A DNA stretch of 28,354 nt, from the IMG/VR virus record IMGVR_UViG_3300030433_002720, positions 1 to 28,354 of that record. The stretch is one strand, 5' to 3'. Numbering within the stretch: position 1 is the stretch's first letter; each line of letters opens with the position of its first letter. The position numbers were made by a program, and so were the translations under genes. The notes beneath the pieces were generated by a model. That model saw nothing but the letters and a program-made list of their open reading frames with translations. It did not search any database and was not told where the DNA came from. Source of the DNA: a virus. Its lineage: Duplodnaviria > Caudoviricetes. Below are positions 1-7,155 of the stretch, in pieces.

Positions 1-67
1 TGATTGATTAAGGTTTGTTTCTCAATACTACGATGTTTATGGAAAGAAAAACAACTATCTACTAAAC

Positions 68-910
68 ATGAAAGACTTCAACATATCTTCATCTAATACT
101 AAAGATGGATATAAAGTCAATATAGATGGTGGGGATAACAAACGTTTTAGAAAGCATTTAGCGTTTGACTATACTACACAAAATCAAAGAATCAATTGGT
201 TATTTGCTAATGTAGATGGTATGGTTACTAAGGATGCTAATAGTGATCAAGATGTTATTAACTCTATAGAGAAAAAGAAGAAGTTAATCAAACCCGAATC
301 AATCATTGAACTAAAAACAATGGATAGAAACGTGTATGATAAATGGAACTCTACAAGAAACAAAGGACTACCTGAAGGATACATTGACCAGGTAATGATG
401 TACATGTCAACCTTTGTAGATTTAAACGAAGACCTAGATTCTTACATCTTTGTTTTGATCAATGGAACGGGTTTAGTTGGTTATCACATTGAATATAATC
501 AATATACTGTTGACTTTCTTTTGGAAAAGAGTTATCTTTTTTATCAAAGATTATTACAAGGTCAGGAGATTATGAACAACGCTTCTAGTGATAATCAAAT
601 GAGGATGGGTCTTGATGAGATAAGACCTGATGCTGACGATTCAGTTGCCTACGAAAAGTATATGAACAAAAACTATCTTGAAAGGATAGACCCTACATCT
701 AAAATGATTGGGGATGATAAAATACTTGAGATAGCTGAAGAGTTTAATAGGTTGTCTAAGAATGTAAGTCAATTAACCAAAGACAAGAGACTACAAGGAA
801 ATAAAATTAGACAATACTTGAAAGATAATGATGTAAAAAAGGTATTTTTACCACACGAAAAAGGGTACATATCTTTTTTTAAAAAATTAATAGTAAGATT
901 TAATGAATGA
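68..910 (+). CDS. YqaJ/lambda-exonuclease-like PD-(D/E)XK nuclease, probably 5'-incomplete
   Basis: Motifs WLFANVDG, IIELKT and YIDQVMMYM fit the D...ExK...QxxxY pattern. The frame is open back to base 8, with an in-frame TGA at 5-7. The usual N-terminal part is missing. Confidence 0.7.
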   Translation: MKDFNISSSNTKDGYKVNIDGGDNKRFRKHLAFDYTTQNQRINWLFANVDGMVTKDANSDQDVINSIEKKKKLIKPESIIELKTMDRNVYDKWNSTRNKGLPEGYIDQVMMYMSTFVDLNEDLDSYIFVLINGTGLVGYHIEYNQYTVDFLLEKSYLFYQRLLQGQEIMNNASSDNQMRMGLDEIRPDADDSVAYEKYMNKNYLERIDPTSKMIGDDKILEIAEEFNRLSKNVSQLTKDKRLQGNKIRQYLKDNDVKKVFLPHEKGYISFFKKLIVRFNE

Positions 911-1220
911 TTATTGGTTCTTGTTAGACAACGCAATCAAACAAAACATAGTATTAAAACCAAAAGGAGATTTGAGATACAGAAGTAACAAATCAATTGA
1001 AGGTTCTAGCATACTAGCATACATGGTTATGATTCATATATCAAAAAATATACTTGATATAGATGATGAAGAGATTGCATACAACCTTTCAATAACAATT
1101 AACAAATACAAAGAACTATTAGACAAAACAAATGATTTGAGAAAACCTAATCATTTTAAATTTAAAACAAAGCTTAACTTATGCCAGAGGTTTTTAGAAG
1201 AAAAGAAGATTTTAAAATAA
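903..1220 (+). CDS. Hypothetical protein, possible helix-turn-helix DNA binder
   Basis: Overlaps the upstream stop. DEEIAYNLSITINKYKELL is HTH-like. Confidence 0.45.
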   Translation: MNDYWFLLDNAIKQNIVLKPKGDLRYRSNKSIEGSSILAYMVMIHISKNILDIDDEEIAYNLSITINKYKELLDKTNDLRKPNHFKFKTKLNLCQRFLEEKKILK

Positions 1221-1555
1221 AACCATTATACAAAGCAGGTATTCTTACAAGGATAGGAGATACCAGGAATGTAAATGGTACATCTTTAATAAAGATAGTA
1301 ATTGATGTTTACGAGGAAGATCTAAACAATAGTCCTTACAAGCTAGAGTTTTATGTCTACGAAGCATCATTACAAGAAGAAATTTCATCATTTAAAGTTG
1401 GTGGATTGATTGGTGTAAAATATTTTACAAAGTCCAAACTAAATAGAAAGACTAATTTGTATTATACCAACAACATTGCAACTGCGATAGAACCAATTAA
1501 TGATGAGGTACATTTAATTAATTTTAACAAACAATTTAACAAATGGGTACATTAG
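1181..1555 (+). CDS. Probable OB-fold ssDNA-binding-like protein (DUF3127-like)
   Basis: Beta-rich pattern AGILTRIG...LEFYV...FKVGGLIGVKYFTKSK...YYTNNIATAIE; lies in the replication module. Confidence 0.5.
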   Translation: MPEVFRRKEDFKIKPLYKAGILTRIGDTRNVNGTSLIKIVIDVYEEDLNNSPYKLEFYVYEASLQEEISSFKVGGLIGVKYFTKSKLNRKTNLYYTNNIATAIEPINDEVHLINFNKQFNKWVH

Positions 1556-1845
1556 CAAGTATATCTCTTGATTTAACTAAAGTAGATAAGTCAAGATTAA
1601 TTAAGGGTAAATATCTTAATTTAACTTTATCAGTAAATGATGAACTAGACAAGTATGACAACAATGTTGCAGCTTGGGAATCTCAATCAAAAGAAGAAAG
1701 AGAAAGTAAAGTTACTAGAAATTTTCTAGGTAACGGTAGAGTATTATGGACGGATGGAAAGATTAGTCTTGGTGGTAAGCTTGGAAAACAAACTACTACT
1801 GATTCTACTCCTGTTCCAGATAAAACTGAGAACTTACCATTTTAG
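1543..1845 (+). CDS. Putative ssDNA-binding protein with C-terminal LPF tip
   Basis: Ends DKTENLPF after a flexible linker, like the SSB C-terminal interaction motif. Core reads SLDLTKVDK...GKYLNLT...FLGNG. Confidence 0.6.
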   Translation: MGTLASISLDLTKVDKSRLIKGKYLNLTLSVNDELDKYDNNVAAWESQSKEERESKVTRNFLGNGRVLWTDGKISLGGKLGKQTTTDSTPVPDKTENLPF

Positions 1846-1866
1846 TTCATAATGGTTTATAATTTT

Positions 1867-1912
1867 GGGGGAGATTTAATGTGTTTGGTTTTTCTTTTCT
1901 CCCCCTTATTTT
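1867..1912 (+). terminator. Possible intrinsic terminator or attenuator hairpin
   Basis: GGGGGAGA (1867-1874) pairs with TCTCCCCC (1898-1905) around a 23-nt loop, followed by TTATTTT, in an intergenic gap. Confidence 0.5.
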
Positions 1913-1918
1913 ATAGAT

Positions 1919-2080
1919 ATGGAATCAAGTATATTAATTAATGTATGTGAGATACTATTGAGATCACTTAAAAAAGCATGTGAGTGGTCTATAAACGAAG
2001 AGTCTTCTGATCGTTGGGCAAAACACCATACCAACATTCAGAATTTATTAAATGATTTAAACAAGCATGGATTGAAATGA
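1919..2080 (+). CDS. 53-aa hypothetical protein, not in the ORF track (MESSILINVCEILLRSLKKACEWS...LNKHGLK)
   Basis: Translated by hand. Fills the gap, and its TGA overlaps the next ATG (ATGA 2077-2080). Confidence 0.7.
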   Translation: MESSILINVCEILLRSLKKACEWSINEESSDRWAKHHTNIQNLLNDLNKHGLK

Positions 2081-2688
2081 AGAGAGGGTATTATGCAATA
2101 CTACCAGCTAACGTAAGGTACGATAAAAACCTTACACCAAACGCCAAACTATTGTACGCAGAAATAACAGCTTTATGTAACAAAGAAGGGTATTGTTGGG
2201 CAACCAATGAATACTTTGCAGAACTATATAGTATGAGTAAATCTTCCATATCAAGAAACATATCTTTATTAGTAGAGGGACAATACTTAAACATAAGCTT
2301 TACAGAAAATAGAACAAAGAGAAAACTATCTTTGAGGGTACGCAAAAATGATAAGGGGGGTACGCAAAAACAGTTAGGGGGGGTACGCAAAAATGAGTAC
2401 CATAATAATAAAGTTAATAATAAAAGTAATATATACTCTTTCCAGGAGTTTTATGATGACTATGGAAAGAAGGTATCTAGACCAGCTGCTGAACGTGCAT
2501 TTAGTAAGTTGAAAGAAGAAGACTTGAAGAAGATTAAAGAGGTACTCCCACAATGGAAAAAACAATATGTGAAAGAAAAGGATTACCAGCCACATCCATC
2601 TACGTGGCTTAACCAAAGAAGATGGGAAGATGATTTAAAAATTGATAATAAAAATGTATATAGAAGGGACTACAAAGTTCTCAAGTGA
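2077..2688 (+). CDS. Phage replication initiator / replisome organiser (N-terminal winged HTH)
   Basis: YYAILPANVRYDKNLTPNAKLLYAEITAL...CWATNEYFAELY; C-terminal FYDDYGKKV...HPSTWLNQRRWED; internal iterons; directly upstream of the helicase. Confidence 0.85.
   Translation: MKRGYYAILPANVRYDKNLTPNAKLLYAEITALCNKEGYCWATNEYFAELYSMSKSSISRNISLLVEGQYLNISFTENRTKRKLSLRVRKNDKGGTQKQLGGVRKNEYHNNKVNNKSNIYSFQEFYDDYGKKVSRPAAERAFSKLKEEDLKKIKEVLPQWKKQYVKEKDYQPHPSTWLNQRRWEDDLKIDNKNVYRRDYKVLK
2336..2435 (+). repeat. Three iterons plus AT-rich tract: probable replication origin
   Basis: GGGTACGCAAAAA at 2336, 2358 and 2381 (spacing 22 and 23 bp), then an almost pure A/T tract at about 2402-2435. Confidence 0.8.
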
Positions 2689-3925
2689 TTTATCACCTGA
2701 AGAAAAGATCATAGGGTATTTGTTTTATATTACCTCCTCTAGAGAGAATATACTATCTAGGGTAGATGAGTATCTGTTTTACAACCCCGTATGTAAGGAA
2801 ATATTTATTGAGTGTAAGAAACAGTACAAAGAGAATAGAAAATTTAGTATCATCTCTATCATTAAATCATTTCAAGGAAAATATTCATCAAAGGACATTG
2901 TAGTTATTGGAGAGAAAATAGATTATGGAGATAGTGTAGACGAAATAATACTACTACTCAAAGAAATACACTACAACAAAAAGCAAGTTAAGATTTATGA
3001 AGATGCTATCAATGAATTGATACATGATGTAGATGCATTTGATGTTTCTGAAAAAGTAACTCAACAAATAAAAAACTTAGACGAAAAGGTACAAGAAGAA
3101 GTGGTTCAAGACTTTGGTAGAGATGTAACCAAGTTCTTAAATGAAGAAGATGTAACAAAGATTCCTATAGGATATACTAAGCTTGATTATATCTTACGGG
3201 GTTGGATAAACTCAAATATGATTGTCATTGCAGCAAGACCTGGTATGGGTAAGACAGACTTTGCTTTGAACATATCACTTAACGTTCTAAGACAAAAAAG
3301 AAACGTAATGTTCTTTTCACTTGAGATGAGTAGAGAAGAGATAACAAAGCGTATGGTTTCTTTAGTTTGTGAAATGAATAGACCTATTGATAAATCAAAG
3401 CTTAATGAATATGATATATCAAACATCCTTAAAAAAATGGGACACATAACAAACAACTTCATTATAGATGATTCAGGAAGAAACACAACACTTACCATGA
3501 GTGCTAAGATATCAATGAATAAAAAGAAAAAAGGAGTTGATCTAGTTATCATTGACTACCTACAACTTATTGAGAACAAAGGACAATCTAGATTTGAAAA
3601 GGTAACAGATATATCTAGAGAGATTAAGTTGATGGCAAAAGAAAATAATGTCCCAGTAATTATATTATCCCAATTGAGTAGAGCTGTTGAGTCTAGAGAA
3701 AATAAAATCCCTAGACTCTCTGATCTACGTGAGTCAGGTGCAATAGAACAAGATGCAGATTCTGTTATGTTCTTGTATAGACCCTCATATTACGGGATTG
3801 AATCAGAGGACGGAAAAGACATAGAAAACCTTTGTGATATAATAGTGGCAAAGAATAGACATGGGATGGATGGAGTAGCACATTTGGATTATGATAGGAA
3901 AATAGGTAAATTTATTTCTCAATGA
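2642..3925 (+). CDS. dnaB: Replicative DNA helicase, DnaB family
   Basis: Walker A AARPGMGKT, FSLEMS, Walker B VIIDYLQL, LSQLSR, PRLSDLRESGAIEQDAD, VAKNRHG. Confidence 0.97.
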   Translation: MIIKMYIEGTTKFSSDLSPEEKIIGYLFYITSSRENILSRVDEYLFYNPVCKEIFIECKKQYKENRKFSIISIIKSFQGKYSSKDIVVIGEKIDYGDSVDEIILLLKEIHYNKKQVKIYEDAINELIHDVDAFDVSEKVTQQIKNLDEKVQEEVVQDFGRDVTKFLNEEDVTKIPIGYTKLDYILRGWINSNMIVIAARPGMGKTDFALNISLNVLRQKRNVMFFSLEMSREEITKRMVSLVCEMNRPIDKSKLNEYDISNILKKMGHITNNFIIDDSGRNTTLTMSAKISMNKKKKGVDLVIIDYLQLIENKGQSRFEKVTDISREIKLMAKENNVPVIILSQLSRAVESRENKIPRLSDLRESGAIEQDADSVMFLYRPSYYGIESEDGKDIENLCDIIVAKNRHGMDGVAHLDYDRKIGKFISQ

Positions 3926-4272
3926 TTACAATATCTTGGGAAGGAAAACATATTTCACTAAATGATTGGTATGCAGGAAAGCATTGGACATATAGACAAA
4001 AGCAAAAGAATATGTGGCGTGATATGTTTACAAAACTATTATCAGAACATAAAAAACCTAAAATAGATAAATACTCCGTAGAACTAGAATACAACTCAAG
4101 ACTTGATCCAAGCAACACTATCACGATGATCAAACTTTTTGAGGACACACTAATCAAACTCAAATGGATTAAAGATGATTCAAAAAAATATTGTAACTAC
4201 TTAAAAATATATCCAAACAACCAATTTTCTTCAAAAGAATATAAGATACATTTATATTATGATGAGGATTAA
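3922..4272 (+). CDS. rusA: RusA-like Holliday junction resolvase
   Basis: SLNDWY...RLDPSN...KLFEDTL...IKDDS matches the RusA DxxN/KxxxD/DD pattern; ATGA-coupled to dnaB. Confidence 0.75.
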   Translation: MITISWEGKHISLNDWYAGKHWTYRQKQKNMWRDMFTKLLSEHKKPKIDKYSVELEYNSRLDPSNTITMIKLFEDTLIKLKWIKDDSKKYCNYLKIYPNNQFSSKEYKIHLYYDED

Positions 4273-4504
4273 ATCCATGAACGCTAAAGAATTTAAAGAA
4301 ATCATGGATCATGAGAATGTCAATACCATTATTATGATAGAGGATAATAACATAGTCCTTCGTAATATTGGTAATGGCATTTATCATGTGTTCAAAGATG
4401 ATAGAACACATATATCTTTAAACACTAGACTTATGTCTATTTTTAAAGATAGATTGAATAAATACAGAAAATTAACCCCTAGAAGAAAATACTTTAAAGA
4501 TTAA
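4259..4504 (+). CDS. Hypothetical protein, last gene of the + strand module
   Basis: Overlaps the upstream stop and fills the space up to the strand switch. Confidence 0.6.
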   Translation: MMRIKSMNAKEFKEIMDHENVNTIIMIEDNNIVLRNIGNGIYHVFKDDRTHISLNTRLMSIFKDRLNKYRKLTPRRKYFKD

Positions 4505-4605
4505 TATCTTTTTCTCATTTTCTTTCCAGACTTCTTAGCGTACTTTTTTGCAGCTGCTTTACCCTTCTTAGTGTAAGCAAACTTCTTTTTTCCTACTCTT
4601 GGCAT
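4501..4605 (-). CDS. 34-aa very basic peptide MPRVGKKKFAYTKKGKAAAKKYAKKSGKKMRKRY (not in track)
   Basis: Translated by hand: 16 K/R and no D/E. Starts 1 nt after the upstream stop. Confidence 0.8.
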   Translation of the reverse strand: MPRVGKKKFAYTKKGKAAAKKYAKKSGKKMRKRY

Positions 4606-4606
4606 T

Positions 4607-4717
4607 TTATTTGCGTTTTTTACGTTTTCTTAATAATAAAAAATCTTTTTTGTCAATCCTACCATTCTTATTGACATCTAATCTCCTTTGTCTTCTTGTT
4701 AATTTTTTCTTTCTCAT
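4607..4717 (-). CDS. 36-aa basic peptide with an EF-hand/dockerin-like loop, MRKKKLTRRQRRLDVNKNGRIDKKDFLLLRKRKKRK (not in track)
   Basis: Translated by hand. ATGA overlap at 4714-4717; loop DVNKNGRIDKKD. Confidence 0.8.
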   Translation of the reverse strand: MRKKKLTRRQRRLDVNKNGRIDKKDFLLLRKRKKRK

Positions 4718-4881
4718 TTCTTTTTCATTACCATTTTATGTGAATTTAAAAAAGTCTTTCCTTTATTCATTAAAGATACCATCTTTTTTATTTGACTTTT
4801 GTTATGGTGTTTAGCGTGTCTCTTCATAGCACCTTGCTGTCTTTTATTTAATGAGTCTATATTGATTCCTTTTACTTTCAT
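4714..4881 (-). CDS. 55-aa basic His/Met-rich protein
   Basis: Track ORF 4714-4911 restarted at ATG 4881, 1 nt after the upstream stop; contains MKRHAKHHNKSQIKKM. Confidence 0.7.
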   Translation of the reverse strand: MKVKGINIDSLNKRQQGAMKRHAKHHNKSQIKKMVSLMNKGKTFLNSHKMVMKKK

Positions 4882-4882
4882 A

Positions 4883-5365
4883 TTAGTTGTTTTTACCTCT
4901 TGAACTACCACCTCCTGACGTAACAGGATTACTTGCTATTGGGGCATCTCCTCCTCCTGTTGTTTGACTACCTACCATAATAGGTGGATTATTATTTACA
5001 TTAGGATTGGGAGTTACATAACCAAAAGTACCACTTACATTACCATGATATCTCCATCTGCTATCATGATATCTATAGTCATAATTACGATCATAATGTG
5101 GCACATAATATCTATTATCTTGCCATCTTACAAAGTCATATCCAACTACATGATACATTCTTTTTGGTTGTATATCTTGTATTCTTATTTTTACTGTATC
5201 ACCTGAGTTTGTTAGCGCTAGAACATGAGTTACTATTACTCTATTTGAATCATATAGTACACTAGCACAACTTGAACACATGCCTACTAATAATATTACT
5301 ATTAAAATAGAAAGTGTTATAACTCTACCTTTGTCTCTTTGATTATCTGTCATTTTACTTTGCAA
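4883..5365 (-). CDS. Putative lipoprotein with a low-complexity N/P/G tail (possible lysis accessory)
   Basis: Hydrophobic run VITLSILIVILLVGM followed by lipobox-like CSSC; next to a holin-like gene. Confidence 0.55.
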   Translation of the reverse strand: MQSKMTDNQRDKGRVITLSILIVILLVGMCSSCASVLYDSNRVIVTHVLALTNSGDTVKIRIQDIQPKRMYHVVGYDFVRWQDNRYYVPHYDRNYDYRYHDSRWRYHGNVSGTFGYVTPNPNVNNNPPIMVGSQTTGGGDAPIASNPVTSGGGSSRGKNN

Positions 5366-5567
5366 ACTTTTCTAAACCAGCAATCCCGAATGAACCGATA
5401 GTAACCCAAACAAAGCTATTGTAAATAAACTCATTGATTACTAGGTCTTTTCCAAAGTATCCAGTTGCTAAATCTACTAACGCAAAACATACCATAATGG
5501 CGAAAGAGACAAACCCAATTAGAGATTTTTCATTTATGTCGTTCTTGTCTTTAAATATAGCCCACAT
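5355..5567 (-). CDS. Holin-like two-TM membrane protein
   Basis: 70 aa with two hydrophobic helices and a charged end (GLEKFAK); downstream of the lysin candidate. Confidence 0.6.
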   Translation of the reverse strand: MWAIFKDKNDINEKSLIGFVSFAIMVCFALVDLATGYFGKDLVINEFIYNSFVWVTIGSFGIAGLEKFAK

Positions 5568-5704
5568 TATCTTCCTTGTCCTTTATATTTAGATCCAGAA
5601 TAATATTTTCCTTGCTTGTTATTAGTGTTCCTATTCTTAGAATGAACACCAGGTCTTCTAACTCTCTTTTTTTCTTTATAAGCTAAGATAGTTCTTCTAG
5701 CCAT
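5567..5704 (-). CDS. 45-aa basic peptide MARRTILAYKEKKRVRRPGVHSKNRNTNNKQGKYYSGSKYKGQGR (not in track)
   Basis: Translated by hand. TAATG overlaps with both neighbours. Confidence 0.85.
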   Translation of the reverse strand: MARRTILAYKEKKRVRRPGVHSKNRNTNNKQGKYYSGSKYKGQGR

Positions 5705-5940
5705 TACTCATAGTTACTTTGTTCTTTGCACATAGTAACCATTAAGTGTACCCCATCTAAAACTTCGTTCATTTTTTCAGCCATAAAAGGACTAACGTTA
5801 TTTTTCATAGGTACATATTGACCAAGAATACCAACCTGTTTAGAAAGCTGATTAAAATCATCCTCAAATGCTTGTGCATCAGGATTCTTTTTGCTCATCA
5901 TCATACTAAAAGCACTCTGTATATCTTTCTGATCTTTCAT
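5704..5940 (-). CDS. Hypothetical helical protein
   Basis: A-rich leader; coupled to the next gene. Confidence 0.65.
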   Translation of the reverse strand: MKDQKDIQSAFSMMMSKKNPDAQAFEDDFNQLSKQVGILGQYVPMKNNVSPFMAEKMNEVLDGVHLMVTMCKEQSNYE

Positions 5941-5960
5941 TTTAATTATTTATTTACAAG

Positions 5961-5968
5961 TAAATATA
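5961..5968 (-). promoter_or_regulatory. Bacteroidota -7-like promoter box (TATATTTA)
   Basis: One mismatch to TAnnTTTG; intergenic, 20 nt upstream of ATG 5940. Confidence 0.45.
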
Positions 5969-6004
5969 ATACTATTAAAATTAAAGGGGTATTTGGGGGG
6001 ATAA

Positions 6005-6247
6005 CTACCTTTTCTTTCTCTTACTACCTTTAAGACGTGACTTTTCTTTTCTACCTCTATTCTTAGAAGCTTTTTCAAAACCTCTTATTTTACCTTTTTT
6101 ATGAGATGCATCCTTACCATCGCCATTACCATAAGTACCTTTCTTTCTATTATACTTATTTAATTTAGAACGATAAGTTCTTCTCTTCTTAGAAGATTGA
6201 AACTTCTTGTATTCTTTTTTGTAGTTTCTTTTTTTTCTAACTGCCAC
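6005..6247 (-). CDS. 80-aa very basic protein with a minimal HNH-like core
   Basis: RNYKKEY...GDGKDASHK...ASKNRG resembles a degenerate beta-beta-alpha-metal motif; GTG start. Confidence 0.6.
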   Translation of the reverse strand: MAVRKKRNYKKEYKKFQSSKKRRTYRSKLNKYNRKKGTYGNGDGKDASHKKGKIRGFEKASKNRGRKEKSRLKGSKRKKR

Positions 6248-6386
6248 AGCTTAAACATTCATCGTCTCCTATATTACATTGGGGACTTTTTTCAACATAT
6301 TTAGTTCTATTACCTTCATCTAGGAAAGAACACTCACAATCACAAACATAATCAGTGGAGTTCTCTCCACAACAACAATATTTCAT
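6237..6386 (-). CDS. 49-aa Cys-rich peptide MKYCCCGENSTDYVCDCECSFLDEGNRTKYVEKSPQCNIGDDECLSCGS (not in track)
   Basis: Translated by hand: ATG at 6386, TAG at 6237-6239, nine Cys; fills the gap between two genes. Confidence 0.8.
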   Translation of the reverse strand: MKYCCCGENSTDYVCDCECSFLDEGNRTKYVEKSPQCNIGDDECLSCGS

Positions 6387-6397
6387 AGTACAAAATT

Positions 6398-6592
6398 TTA
6401 AAGTTCTTCAATAAGATCAATGATTTTATTTTCTATGATCATGACGATGTTAATTCTTTGAACACCTTCATAATTATCAGAAGTCACACCTTCCATTACA
6501 TCCATAAGCGTGTTTATTTTTTGCAAGGTTTGATTGACTCTCATTTGTTCTTTAACTTCAGCGTCACTTATTTGTCCTATTTGTTGTTGCAT
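6398..6592 (-). CDS. Hypothetical helical-hairpin protein
   Basis: TAATG-coupled to the upstream gene. Confidence 0.6.
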   Translation of the reverse strand: MQQQIGQISDAEVKEQMRVNQTLQKINTLMDVMEGVTSDNYEGVQRINIVMIIENKIIDLIEEL

Positions 6593-7155
6593 TATTTTCC
6601 AATCTTTGTGCTTATAGATAAATGTAAAGATTTATTTATAAAATCATAACCAAAGGTATATATATTTTTCTTTTTGTTTTTTAATGAGAGGTTAGCTCCT
6701 AACCCTACTTGATTTTTGTTAGCGTAAATCAATCCCCCAACGTAAAATTCATTTTTTGGTTCAGGAATTTTTGTAATAGTTGTAGTTATAGAATCTATTA
6801 TAGTAGGTATTTTATAGTTGTATGATAAGTCTCTTGATGATAATTTATTTTGTGTTATAGTGTCTTGTATGTACGCATATCCTATTGAATCTATTTGTAT
6901 AGTATCTAAGTACACATACCTTCTATAATAGTCTTGTAGTATAGTCATAGTGTCCACAACCATAGGAACTTCTACTTCTTTGATTACTTCTTTTATTTGA
7001 GGAACATAGTTTATTTTTTCTTCTATAACCTCTTTATAGATAGTATCTCTTTTTACTACTGTTTCTGTTTTGGTAATTACTTTCTCTTCGCATTTAATTA
7101 ATAGACCAATACCAATCCCGATTGCTACGTATGTAAGAATCCTAGACAATTTCAT
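6592..7155 (-). CDS. Membrane-anchored spanin-like protein
   Basis: N-terminal TM segment then Cys, V/T/I-rich extended middle, C-terminal amphipathic beta strands; overlaps the end of the lysin candidate. Confidence 0.5.
   Translation of the reverse strand: MKLSRILTYVAIGIGIGLLIKCEEKVITKTETVVKRDTIYKEVIEEKINYVPQIKEVIKEVEVPMVVDTMTILQDYYRRYVYLDTIQIDSIGYAYIQDTITQNKLSSRDLSYNYKIPTIIDSITTTITKIPEPKNEFYVGGLIYANKNQVGLGANLSLKNKKKNIYTFGYDFINKSLHLSISTKIGK

Noticed and set aside
2091-4411. Minus-strand ORFs 2091-2390, 2374-2616, 3187-3552, 3912-4163 and 4169-4411
   Set aside because: Antisense shadows of well-supported + strand genes, with no motifs.
4501-5704. Basic micro-ORFs as captured ribosomal protein genes
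   Set aside because: Size and charge are similar, but I recognise no bL34, bL35, bL36, bS21 or bS22 signature; a profile search is needed.
5986-6000. GGGGTATTTGGGGGG as a G-quadruplex or terminator
   Set aside because: Only two G runs and no complementary arm; I found no second copy.
6355-6370. Hairpin GTGGAG-TTCT-CTCCAC
   Set aside because: Only a 6-bp stem inside a CDS with no clear U tract; compatible with chance.
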